A stretch of DNA of 63,751 nucleotides, filler included. It is 11 parts of 11 records of this genome, joined end to end, with 100 filler letters (N's around TTAATTAATTAA, not from the genome) between each part and the next. Parts side by side here need not be neighbours in the genome. Positions count along the whole stretch, not along the records: positions 36,851 to 41,033 come from SRR7504441_14343; positions 41,134 to 45,496 come from SRR7504441_14346; positions 45,597 to 51,632 come from SRR7504441_14366; 8 more parts are not named here. The stretch is one strand, 5' to 3'. The notes beneath the pieces are model-generated. The model did not search any database and had not been told where the DNA came from. It saw only the letters and a program-made list of their open reading frames with translations. Every line of letters begins with the position of its first letter. The stretch's first letter is position 1. Of this stretch, positions 36,883 through 46,945 are shown in pieces. The position numbers and the translations under genes are program-made.

Positions 36883-37355
36883 CCGGCAGCTACTTCAATT
36901 CGAAGAAGGAGCTCGCAGACCCCGCCTGTTTCCCCAACACCCGCGCCAGGCACATACGGCACCGGCAGACCCTCCGGGTGGCCCGCCAGCCTGCTCCCAA
37001 ACTGACGCCGGCCCGCAGGAAATCATCCGTCCGCGCGACGCCGAGTTCTGCGACGTGGTCACCCAGATGCTCGCAGTGGTGCTCCGGCTGCTGGAGTGTC
37101 CGGCTGAGCCTGTGTCAGGACCCTGCCAACCGGATAACAGCTGCAAAGGCGCTCGAGCACCCGTTCTTCCACGACAACAGGTCGGCGGTCAACTCGAGCT
37201 CGGTCCAGCCGGCCGCCTCCTCCTCCCGCGCCCCCCAGTCCCCGAGCGTGCACAACGCGGACCGGGCGTCGCAGCGACTGTCGAGGCCGCAGACTACCCA
37301 AAACAGCAACTCGAGGGCAGCATCTGCCCGAGGCTCCACCACAGCCGCAAAGTGA
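36883..37355 (+). CDS. C-terminal fragment of a Ser/Thr protein kinase (CMGC-like)
   Basis: EFCDVVTQMLA|DPANRITAAKALEHPFF (subdomain XI) after removing short introns; TGA 37353-37355. Confidence 0.65.
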
Positions 37356-37719
37356 GCCGAGGCTCCAGCATCAACTTAATAGATTGAGCCGAGGCCAACC
37401 AACCCCCCATTGCCTATTGAGTGGTCGATCGGTACTCAGCTCAATTTATATTCAGATAGCTTCGTGACTGTCCATCACGAATGCGCCATACTTTCAGACC
37501 GATGATCAATGAATGTAACATTAAAATGCACAAGTAATGTACGCGCGACGGCCGATCGGCCCCGCCTTCAGACCAAACGCTCTTCGTCGCTTTTTAGTCG
37601 CCCTTGTATCGCCTTGAAGCCGCTCACACTGAGCCATTTGCTGAGACCAAACAGCACACAAAGAAAAACTGGGCTGGATCGCCGTTGTGGGCTTGCGGCT
37701 TGGCGAAGTGCGGCAGGGC

Positions 37720-38550
37720 ATGGCGTTGGCGGCCAAGCGGAGCATGGTGGAGTCGGATCTGGCCCCACTGGCCGCGGTCCGGGCTCGGAACGAGGAGCTC
37801 CAACGTCAGATGGACAAGGAGCGCTTCGTCCAGCTGGCCGGGCAGCAGCCGGACGGGCCGTCGCTCCCGGCGGTCGTGCTGACCGCGGCCGAGCGGGAGC
37901 GGATGAGCCGGCACCCGGTGCTGGTGACCACAAACTCGGTGCACGACATTGCGTTCGACCAGCTGCTCATGATGTCCGGGGTGAGCGGGGGCGAGATGGC
38001 CGACCGACGAGGTGCCCACCCGCTGGCCCGATGGACTCACAGCCGGGCAGCGATGGACTATGAGCGGCAGGAGGCGGTGGAGCTCGGCGAGATCAAGGGC
38101 CGGATGGCCGACAAGCTCGCCGAGATAGACTCGCGCTGCCCGGTCGAGAAGCCGATCGTCGAGGAGACCGCCGCCGAGTACCGAGCTCGGCTGGTGGCCA
38201 ACGCCGGGACGCTGCCTGAGCCGATCTGGTCTTGCTCCGAGGGGCTGGCCACCAGGGGCCGGGTGGTGGCCCCGCAGGTCTCGCTGGCCCCCAGCTCGCA
38301 CGAGCAGCCTCTCGGGTCGGCCGCAGAGTACGTAGAGTTCATGAGGGCGACTGTGGCGGCGGAGGTCAAGGCCCAGAACATGGTGGAGCTGCAGGCCGGG
38401 CTGGGGGCCCGCAGTCTGGACCCGGTCCACCGCTGGAGCCAGCCGAGCGCTGTGGAGCAGGAGCGGGAGGCCTGGCAAGAGAGGGACCCGTACGCGCAGG
38501 TGAGGGCGCGGATACAAGAGCTCAACGGCGCGCTACAAGCCGAGAAATAG
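37720..38550 (+). CDS. Hypothetical protein
   Basis: Intronless ORF from ATG 37720 with strong GC3 bias and AT-rich flanks; no recognisable motif. Confidence 0.65.
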   Translation: MALAAKRSMVESDLAPLAAVRARNEELQRQMDKERFVQLAGQQPDGPSLPAVVLTAAERERMSRHPVLVTTNSVHDIAFDQLLMMSGVSGGEMADRRGAHPLARWTHSRAAMDYERQEAVELGEIKGRMADKLAEIDSRCPVEKPIVEETAAEYRARLVANAGTLPEPIWSCSEGLATRGRVVAPQVSLAPSSHEQPLGSAAEYVEFMRATVAAEVKAQNMVELQAGLGARSLDPVHRWSQPSAVEQEREAWQERDPYAQVRARIQELNGALQAEK

Positions 38551-38738
38551 CCGCAAAGTCTCACTTATTATGAATCAGAGCTTCCGAGAGCACCCCACTA
38601 AGCAACCTTGGGCAGTCTGGATTAAGTCTGGATTAATTTTGATTGCGAAGCCAAGATTGTGAAGTGTAGTGAAGCTCAAGATTGTTATCTATAGTCTAGA
38701 CTTTATCAATTGGTTAAACTTGTTATTAGATGATCGGC

Positions 38739-40088
38739 TCACTCCTCGGCCGGCGGCTTCTCGGGCCGGGTTAACCTGACCGGTATCTGGAGCGTCTCTG
38801 CCCTTAGCACCATCTCGCAAGTCTCGTCGTCCGTGCTGTCGGAGCACACCAGCACCAGCAGCTCGTCCCGGTCCGGCTGCGAGGCGTCGAGCAGCATGTT
38901 CCGGCAGAGCGCGAACCCCTCTTGGTCCGACTGGGCCACAATCCTGTCCGAGGTGACCAGCTGCTTGCCCTCTAGCCGGGCGAGCTGCCGGGGCGAGCCA
39001 GGGATCCCAAACTCATAAGGGTCTGCCAGCCCGGACCAGTCCTCCAACGGCATCGGCGGGTCGGGCGGGTCGTTCTTCTTCTTGCCGGTTTTCTTCTTTG
39101 GCTTCTCGCAGGGCAGCCACCGGTGCAGTTGGACACTTACGGCCCGACCTGCCTCCACGCCCTTCCGCTCTATCGGCTGGGTGTCCTGCAGGTCGGTCGT
39201 GCTCCCGAGCGCCGTGTCCCGGCTGGCCGGCCGATTGGGCTTGATCGGGTCGGGCTTTGGCTTCTTGACATAGAAGACTAGATGTGGGAGCGGCTGCCAG
39301 CCCTTGAGCAGCGCGTGGTCCGGCTGCCACTGGCCGGGGTCCACCGCCAGCCGGTCCGGGGCCACTGGCGTCATGAAGTCCACCTCGCCCGGCAGGAAGT
39401 CGTCCGTGTCGCTCCGCGCCGTCTTGAGCACAATCTTGCCTGCTGGAATTGTGGGGTGACCGGCCTCCCAGGTGCCCTCGTACCGGTAGTCCCCGGCCAC
39501 CAAGCAGCCCTGCCCGTGCCGCTGCCCGGCCCGCCACTCGCCCTCGTACTTGGCCCCGCTCTTGAGCGTGAGCGTGCCCCGCCCCCCCCGCTGCCCGTCG
39601 GCCCAGTCCCCGTCGAACGCCTCGCCGTCCCACCGCCGCTCCACCCCCTGCCCGGTCCGCCGGTGCCGCACGAACTGCCCGGTGAACACGGTGCCGTCTG
39701 CCGAGCTCAGCTCGCCCTCCCCGTGGAACTGGTTCCGCTCAAACTCTCCGTCGTACCGGCTCCCGTCGGGGAACCCGAAGCTGCCCCGGCCTTGCTGCTC
39801 CCCGAGCACAAACTGGCCCTGGTAGGTGCTTCCGTCCTTCCAGCGCCGCTCGCCTTGCCCGCTCATCTCGCCCATATCCCACTGGCCCTCGTACTCGGCC
39901 CCGTCGTCGGCGAACAGCCCTTTGTCAGACAGCCGCAGCCTGCCGTGCCCGTGCCGCTTGCCCTCGAACCACTCGCCCTCGTAGATGTAGGTCCCGCCCG
40001 GGTAGACGTACCGCCCCTGACCGTGCCGCAGGTCCGCCACCTTCTTCCCCGTGTACGCCCCAGGGTCCGCCATCGTCGGCATCGCCAT
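38739..40088 (-). CDS. MORN-repeat protein (MORN1-like)
   Basis: About 8 YxGxW/FxxGxxxGxG repeats in the N-terminal half. Confidence 0.9.
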   Translation of the reverse strand: MAMPTMADPGAYTGKKVADLRHGQGRYVYPGGTYIYEGEWFEGKRHGHGRLRLSDKGLFADDGAEYEGQWDMGEMSGQGERRWKDGSTYQGQFVLGEQQGRGSFGFPDGSRYDGEFERNQFHGEGELSSADGTVFTGQFVRHRRTGQGVERRWDGEAFDGDWADGQRGGRGTLTLKSGAKYEGEWRAGQRHGQGCLVAGDYRYEGTWEAGHPTIPAGKIVLKTARSDTDDFLPGEVDFMTPVAPDRLAVDPGQWQPDHALLKGWQPLPHLVFYVKKPKPDPIKPNRPASRDTALGSTTDLQDTQPIERKGVEAGRAVSVQLHRWLPCEKPKKKTGKKKNDPPDPPMPLEDWSGLADPYEFGIPGSPRQLARLEGKQLVTSDRIVAQSDQEGFALCRNMLLDASQPDRDELLVLVCSDSTDDETCEMVLRAETLQIPVRLTRPEKPPAEE

Positions 40089-40169
40089 CTCCGGCTGGTG
40101 TTTGGCTATATTTGGAACCGGCTCAAACCAACGGTCGAAGGTCCGTCATCAAGATCAGAGGTGAAGACC

Positions 40170-41033
40170 ATGCGCATTGCTCAGCTCGTGGTTCAGCGTG
40201 TGCTGCCACTGTGCGCCCTGCTGGCCGGTGGGGCGGGGGGTGGGGCGGGGGCTCACCCTGGGGCAGCCGGATCCCTCGCTCAAACCATCCACGACAACCC
40301 GCTCCTCCGCTGCGCCCAAGACATCCACGCGCTGTGCACAATCAGTCAAGACATCCTGCAGTTTGCCCGTGCGCCGGCCGGCCGCCCCCCAGCTGAGCGG
40401 AGGGGGACAGAATGTCTCCAGGCCCACCGGGACCAGATCAGCCCCAGCTGCGCCGCGGTGCTCGAGCCTTTCATAGAGCAGGAGGGCCAGAGCGGCGAGC
40501 TGGACCGGGAGGTGGCCGACCAAGAGACCGGCGAGTCGGAGGCCCAGATCGAGGCCGAGGACCAGGTGTGCGACGCAAAGTTCCGGGCCGCCTGCCGAGA
40601 CCAGTTCTACATGGCCGTCTACAGCCAGGACGCCAGCCCGCTCCAACAATGCGCCCGGGAGCACGCCAGCGCGGTCGGGCAAGCCTGCGTGGCCATGGTG
40701 ATCAACGGCAACGCTGACGGGCTGCTCGCGCACATGCGCCGGTGCGGCCAGCGGGCGCTATCGTCTTGCCCGACCCAGGCGCTGGCGCTGTCCGCGGAGG
40801 TGGCGCTGGGGATGGACGCGATGCAACTGCCCACGACCATAGCGCTCGTCAGCTGCCTGGTCGACGCCCAGCTGCTCCAGCAGGGATGCCGCGGGTTCGT
40901 GGACAGCGTGGCCGATGCAGTTTCGGCGCTGGCCTCCAGTGTATCGGACCAGTTTACTGAGGAGGAGCAGCAGCCGGCAACCCCCATGCCTTCGACGCCC
41001 CCAGCAACTCCGACCACCCCAACGCCCCCGGCA
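40170..41033 (+). CDS. Secreted Cys-rich protein with GLG1/Cys-rich-FGFR-like repeat, 3'-truncated
   Basis: Signal-like MRIAQLVVQRVLPLCALLAGG; CAQDIHALC...ECLQAHRDQISPSCAAVL; Pro/Thr-rich stalk running into the gap. Confidence 0.55.
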
Positions 41034-41251
41034 NNNNNNNNNNNNNNNNNNNNNNNNNNNNNNNNNNNNNNNNNNNNTTAATTAATTAANNNNNNNNNNN
41101 NNNNNNNNNNNNNNNNNNNNNNNNNNNNNNNNNAGGTCCTGGGCCAGCTGTTCCTTGTCCGCCGCATCCCCCCATGTCCTCAACTGTCAGATGAGTGCCG
41201 TTACGAGTATTTAGTACTGAGCAGCACTGGATCGAGTACTACCAAGTACCG

Positions 41252-41425
41252 GAGGATGGGCTTGGGCAAGTTTTGGGGAGCAGGTGCACTCATAAAACTC
41301 GGCGAGACGTGACAGTATGTAGTGCGAGGGCTAAACGATCCGAAGGCGGTGCACAGACTCGTGAGCAAGAAGCTTAATTAAGCTCGAGAAACTTACGTAC
41401 CTCTCGAGGATGGGCTTCGGGCAAG
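41252..41425 (+). repeat. Imperfect 19-20-bp direct repeat pair
   Basis: GAGGATGGGCTTGGGCAAG (41252-41270) and GAGGATGGGCTTCGGGCAAG (41406-41425) in non-coding DNA. Confidence 0.6.
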
Positions 41426-41646
41426 ACTATGAGTATAAATCAGAACTTTACTCCACACGGAATGATGCTCTGCACTGTGTACGAGGCTAGTGCCAACACT
41501 CTACGGTACCGTATGTATACTCGTATGGGTTGGCCCATATACGCGTATGGACAACGTTAACCCTGAGCTGAGGCATGCTTTGCGTCTTCATCAGATCTAC
41601 TCGAGCGACAAAGTCCCCGACTTGAACCGAACAGCTCAGATCGCAC

Positions 41647-42987
41647 ATGGCGAACCACGCTCTGATGAGCCGGAGCAAGCAGGCCGGGGCACGGGCTGTC
41701 CCATCGCGGAAGCCGTGCACCAGGCCGCGGGAGCTGCTCATTCCCCGGCACTTGGTGGTCCGCGGTCCGATCCCGGAGCCGATCCGCGCGGCTGAGCCCC
41801 GATGGTTTGGCGATCTGAGCGAGGAGACCGTCCAGGAGATCATGAGCCACCTGGGGCCGTGCGGGCTCAATCATCCGGCACTCTGTTGCAAGGGGTGGCG
41901 TGAGCACGTCCGTAGCTCCCCACGCCAGCTCAAGGCGATGACTGCCGCGGACGTGGGGCGGGCCGAGGCGACTGTGGCGCGGGGCGGGGTCTGGCGCTTC
42001 CGCGGGCAAACTGCGCCGGAGGGCTCGTCCTGCTTTGGGGCCGCCGGGGTTGGTCGGCTGGTGCGGCTGCTGCCAGATTCTGTGATCCTGGAGCTGGACC
42101 TCAGTCGTTGCCAGATTGGTCCGAGAGGGGCAGCGGCTCTGGCAGCGGCTCTGCCTGGCTGTGTGGCTCTCATCAGACTCGACCTCTATGGCAACTGCCT
42201 GGACGGCCAGGGGGCGGCCACGCTAGCCGTTGCTTTGTCGGACGCTAAGCTCTCTGAGTTCGTACTCAGTGGTAACCTGATCGGTCTGCGCGGGGCGGAG
42301 GCTCTGGCCGCAGCCCTGCCTGACTGTGCTGCCCTCACGGAGCTCCAACTTGCCGGCACTGGCCTGGGCTGCGAGGGTGTGGAGGCACTGGCAGCGGCGC
42401 TACCTTGCTGTGCTGCACTTACTCAGCTGAACCTTGCCAATAACAATATGAGCGATCAGGGGGCGGGGGTGCTGGCAGCGGCGCTGCTCGGGTGCGCTAA
42501 GCTCACAGGCCTTAACCTCAGTCACAACAGCATCGGGGTGCAGGGAACGGTGACACTGGCGGATCTTGTGCCGCGCTATCCGGTCCTTGTCGAGTTGCTC
42601 CTCGGTGACAACCAGATTGGCGACTACGGATCGACGCTGCTTGCAGTGGCCCTGCCTGACTGCCCCGCACTCACATCACTCAGCCTCAGTCACAACGGCA
42701 TCGGCAACGACGGCGCTGCAGCACTGGCCGCGGTCCTTCCGGGCTGTCCGTGTATCTCTAAGCTCGGTCTGTACGGGAACTGTATTGGCGACGAGGGAGC
42801 TGAGGCACTGGCAACTAACCTACCCGAGTGTCCCACTCTCACATATCTTGACCTGCGCCGTAACAAGATTTGTCACAAAGGGGGTTCGGCGCTGTTCCAC
42901 GCCATGTCCGGCTGTTCGGCGGTTACTGAGCTGCCTAACCTTTTCGCAGCTCTCTATGTGGTTGAGCAGAGCTCCTCACCGTGCTGA
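41647..42987 (+). CDS. F-box-like + ribonuclease-inhibitor-type (NLRC3-like) LRR protein
   Basis: DLSEETVQEIMSHL...CCKGWREHV, then ~10 28-aa repeats LxxLxLxxNxIGxxGAxALAxALPxC. Confidence 0.88.
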   Translation: MANHALMSRSKQAGARAVPSRKPCTRPRELLIPRHLVVRGPIPEPIRAAEPRWFGDLSEETVQEIMSHLGPCGLNHPALCCKGWREHVRSSPRQLKAMTAADVGRAEATVARGGVWRFRGQTAPEGSSCFGAAGVGRLVRLLPDSVILELDLSRCQIGPRGAAALAAALPGCVALIRLDLYGNCLDGQGAATLAVALSDAKLSEFVLSGNLIGLRGAEALAAALPDCAALTELQLAGTGLGCEGVEALAAALPCCAALTQLNLANNNMSDQGAGVLAAALLGCAKLTGLNLSHNSIGVQGTVTLADLVPRYPVLVELLLGDNQIGDYGSTLLAVALPDCPALTSLSLSHNGIGNDGAAALAAVLPGCPCISKLGLYGNCIGDEGAEALATNLPECPTLTYLDLRRNKICHKGGSALFHAMSGCSAVTELPNLFAALYVVEQSSSPC

Positions 42988-43374
42988 TCGACCCTCGTCA
43001 ATGAGAGAGCCGCAGCCTCGGGGAAAGGCTCATGCGACTATCGATCGAGACAGCGGATCCACCGCCACACTGGCCGCGTAAACATGCGCATTGAAGTGCT
43101 GTGACAATACCGTGCAACTTTGTGAAACCTCGTCTGACCTCGTTCTCGCCGCGTCAAAATGAACAAAACTCCGAAGCGTGCAGGCAACCGGGTCGAAATG
43201 AGACAGCCCTATAAGCGTATTCTTAATCTACTCTGCGACAAGACGTATCTACGAGTAGACACAATCTCAACCCCAATAGATCTAATGAATAATTATATGC
43301 TTAGAGGACTACTTATACTTTTACCGGCAATGAATACTCGTAGTAGTCTATACTTTCACACGCTTTGACTGCTA

Positions 43375-43978
43375 TCATTTGATCGACTGGTCCGAGCCCG
43401 CACTGCCACCGCCCTCTCGCTCCCGGGCCACAGCCGCCTGCCGCTCTAACGACAAGTAAGCGGTCCAAGCTAGGTTGGCCACGCTGGTGACGAGCACCCT
43501 GTACCGCAAGGGCACCCACCGGTAGACGGCCAGCATCGTCGGGATCCAGAACCCGCTCCCGGCCAGCCACACCCGGGCCACTACCCCGGGCTCGACCGCC
43601 ACCGGCCGGCCATCCATAAGGCTCATCCAGCCAAACACACTGACGATCGAGAACGGAGCATACACCGCGCTGCAGCCGCCCTGTCAGCGGGGCGGCCCGG
43701 GGCAGGCACCTGTGCACGCATACCCGGACCAGCGCCTGCCGCATCGGGGGCAGCGTGACCGCCACGTGCCGCTCCATCCAGCCGAACCAGACGTGCTGTG
43801 TCGGGGCAAACCACAGACCTCCAAACCCAGCGAACGACACTGTCCGGGGCCAGTGCTGGGCCGGTTGGCGCTCGATCCGTTGGGCCAGCCCGTCTCCAAC
43901 CGCAAACAGCCCGGCGGCGGTCAGGCTCTTGGTCAGCACCGGCGCCCGCTGCAGCTGACGGCCGTACGCCGCCAGCAT
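43375..43978 (-). CDS. Mpv17/PMP22 family membrane protein
   Basis: YGRQLQRAPVLTKSLTAAGLFAVGDGLAQ, W.RT...P..HVWF, FWIP...VPLRYRVLVTSVANLAWTAYLS; one 40-nt GT-AG intron. Confidence 0.88.
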
Positions 43979-44120
43979 TGCTCACCGAGGCCTCGAGATC
44001 CCGGAGCGTTTCCGTTGGAAAGCAGCAGTTGAGGACAGCGACATCGCCAAGCACCACTCTGCGGCGTCAGGCCGGTCAGGGGCTACCGCGCGGGCGACAT
44101 CTCGCTGGTCTCGGGCGGGC

Positions 44121-45496
44121 ATGCTGACGGCTCTGCGCCGGTATGCGGCAGGAGGCAAGTTGGTCGATGGGCCGTGTGGCGAGCCCGAGTGGCTGCCGGC
44201 GGCTGAGCCGGACCGGCCGTCGCCGGAGGGGTACAAGGACCTGGTTGCACGCTTTCATCCAGGGAGCAGCCGACGGAGAGTGCGTGGGTCGAGCCGCGAC
44301 CCCGCCGAGAGGGAGCTCCAGGGCTACCTCAGCGTGCGCGACCTGCGCCGGGAGCACGTGCTGGCCGTCCGGGAGGCGGCGATAGGCCGCCAGCTGTCCA
44401 AGGTTGTCTCCAAGCAGGAGCTCCGGAGCATCCAGCAATCGGTCGGGCTATGGGGGGTCCGGGCCCGGCGGGCCACCATGCACCGGGCGGCTGCGATCGA
44501 GGCCGACAACCACCGGCTCGCCCGACGGGGGGGGCGGGTCCGAGGGCTGGCCGCGCGGAGGCTGGGCGCGGTCCTAGACTGCTGGGCCGACCGCGGGCTG
44601 CGCGGCCGGGTACTGGTGTGGGCTAGGGCGGCCGGGCATGCGGCGGCCGTGGCTCAGCTCGGGGCGCTGCACCGGCAGGTGGCTGGTTGCCACCAGTCGG
44701 CTGAGCGGATCTCCCAAGGGGCCCGGAAGGCCTCGGTTCAGATAGTTCGGCGGGCGCTCGGCTCGCGAATTGAGCGGCTGGCGGCTGCCGCAGTCGGGGC
44801 TTGGCGGAGTGGTTCGGCGGCGGCTGTTCTGCGGGGTGTGGCCCAGAGCTCTTGCCAGAGGTTGCAGGCGGAGGTTCGGTCGTCCGGATTAAAGAGCGCG
44901 CTGGCCACTGTGAGTGCTGCTAACAAGGCAGTCGTCTGGCGGGCGGTGCACGCATGGTACCGGAACCAAGCGGACTGCACGATCGAGGCGCTTCAGACAT
45001 TGGTGGCGTCGGCTGGAAACGTCGTGTACCGGCACTCAGCCCATGCAATGCGCTGGGCTCTGGCCGGAGTTGTGGGGCTGCGCCGGCGGGCTGGGATGAT
45101 GCCAGCAGTGAGGAACTGGATAGTTCGGTGGGCGTTGCACGCGCAGGCGGCTGCGGCGGATGCCACGATCGAAGGAGTGTTGTCGGAGCAAATCGAGCTG
45201 TTGAAGCAGCTGCAAGAGGAGAGGCGGGAGAGGGCGGACCAGGAGGGCGAGCAGGCCCAGATGACCGCTGAGCTGGAGTTGACACTGGCTGAGCAACTGC
45301 ATCTGCTCAGGCGGCTGGAGGTATTGCTAGTGTGATAATACTAGTACTACTGATAGTATAGCGTGAGGGTTATATCAAGAGCGTGGCTGGAACTCAGCTG
45401 GAAGGTGCAGGTGGAGCAGAGGGGGTACAGTGCACGAGCTGCAGAGCCAGACCTGTCAGTGAAGGCGCCCTCGATAGACGATGGTGCAAACGATGC
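44121..45496 (+). CDS. Hypothetical helical protein with spaced Trp repeats (Sfi1-like), coiled coil and C-terminal CxxC..CxxC; 3'-truncated
   Basis: ORF 44121-45320 plus AT-rich intron 45321-45361 continues as REGYIKS...CTSC...WCKRC into the gap. Confidence 0.55.
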
Positions 45497-45596
45497 NNNN
45501 NNNNNNNNNNNNNNNNNNNNNNNNNNNNNNNNNNNNNNNNTTAATTAATTAANNNNNNNNNNNNNNNNNNNNNNNNNNNNNNNNNNNNNNNNNNNN

Positions 45597-45701
45597 AGAG
45601 GAGGTCTGGAAGTGAGTCGCAGCCACCTTGCCCGGCTGATCATATGCGGCCACGGCCACCCAACCGAGCCAAGCCAGCGCCACCCCCCAGGCCGGGCGCA
45701 T
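45597..45701 (-). CDS. N-terminal fragment of a secreted protein
   Basis: MRPAWGVALAWLGWVAVAAYDQPG is signal-peptide-like and runs into the gap. Confidence 0.4.
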
Positions 45702-46191
45702 TTTGGCCTTGCTTCTGAGAAAATCCCAACGGGTTCGACAAGGCCTTTCTACTTTTGCTTCTCCCAGTGGCCAGGGCGTGGGCCAGGGCTGCCGCCTGCA
45801 GGTGGCCTTCAATCATCGGGAACCGTCTATTCAGCGCCGACCACCAGGTGATAGCAAGCCCGGGTTAGCCCGGGTGAACGGAGGGGCGGTCCGAGGGCTT
45901 GGCCAGTGCATATCGCGCATGTGGCGCACGTGGCAACGGGCCGGCTGGTCGGATTGTGCACGCTTTGGGTCTCGGGGTGGGTGAACGGTAATGGGACAGT
46001 GGCAGGTGAGGTCGATGTCGAGCGGGTCGGCTCCAGCTCACATTTGTTGACTTGGATCGCGATCGGGAGACAGGATCATGCAACCATCTGCCGGCCGGGT
46101 CACCTTTGGCACTATGCGCGAGGCGGTATGATTATAATCAATGTCTAGTAGAGCAGGTTCTATAGACTGGGATTAGAGCGGATCTGTCAGC

Positions 46192-46866
46192 TCACTTGCC
46201 CCGCCAGATCTGTAGCTTGCCAAACCCGTTGTGCTCCACCAAGATTAGATCAGTAAACTCAACTGTCCCCGAAGGCTGCCCCCCGATCCTCTTGAGCCCG
46301 GGCAGCCCAGTGCCCGCCTCAGTCCGACGGTCCTGGGTCTGGTCCAGCAGCACACTCGATTCCGGCCGGAGCGCCACCCGGAAGCACATGAGCGTCCCAC
46401 CGTCGGGGCCCGAGGCGCAAACGTCGAAACTGCCAGTCTCCTGCTCGCTCACCTCGTACTCGCCGCACTTGTCCGCCCATCGGAACCAGCGGTAGCTCCC
46501 GTCCGCTCGCAGGTCCAGCCGGGCCCCGGCGCCAAAGTGCCCGTCAGCGCAGGTAAGCGAGGCCCAGCCCCGGAATAATCTATCCTGCCGCGCCTGTCTC
46601 TGGTCGGGCGAGCGAGCCGGAGAGCCGGTCCGCTGGGCCTGCGCGCACCCGGCCACGAACTCGGCTAGGTCCAGATGGCCGTCCTTGTCGGTATCGAGCC
46701 GATCGAACACTTGCCGCCAGTCCAATCCGACGGCCCCCCACAGCCTGCGGTAGGTCTCCGCCCGCGGGCCGGCAAGCGCCCGGCGGAGCTCGTGCGGGGC
46801 GATCAGCCCGTCCTTGTCCTCGTCCATCAGCGTGAAGAGCTCGACCACCACCGGATGTGCCTGCAT
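46192..46866 (-). CDS. EF-hand pair protein
   Basis: Canonical loops DEDKDGLIAPHE and DTDKDGHLDLAE, followed by a beta-rich domain. Confidence 0.8.
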   Translation of the reverse strand: MQAHPVVVELFTLMDEDKDGLIAPHELRRALAGPRAETYRRLWGAVGLDWRQVFDRLDTDKDGHLDLAEFVAGCAQAQRTGSPARSPDQRQARQDRLFRGWASLTCADGHFGAGARLDLRADGSYRWFRWADKCGEYEVSEQETGSFDVCASGPDGGTLMCFRVALRPESSVLLDQTQDRRTEAGTGLPGLKRIGGQPSGTVEFTDLILVEHNGFGKLQIWRGK

Positions 46867-46945
46867 TTTCGGAATATCCCGGTGGCCCGAGCCGGAGGAA
46901 AGTCGTTACTTGCTCACCGCAACGCGGATCGTGGCTTTTGGCAGA

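Noticed and set aside
37624-38517. Long antisense/overlapping ORFs here and at 52770-55703
   Set aside because: Expected shadows of GC3-rich coding strands; no motifs.
39282-40169. N-terminal half of the 599-aa + strand ORF
   Set aside because: Antisense shadow of the MORN gene; the plausible start is ATG 40170.
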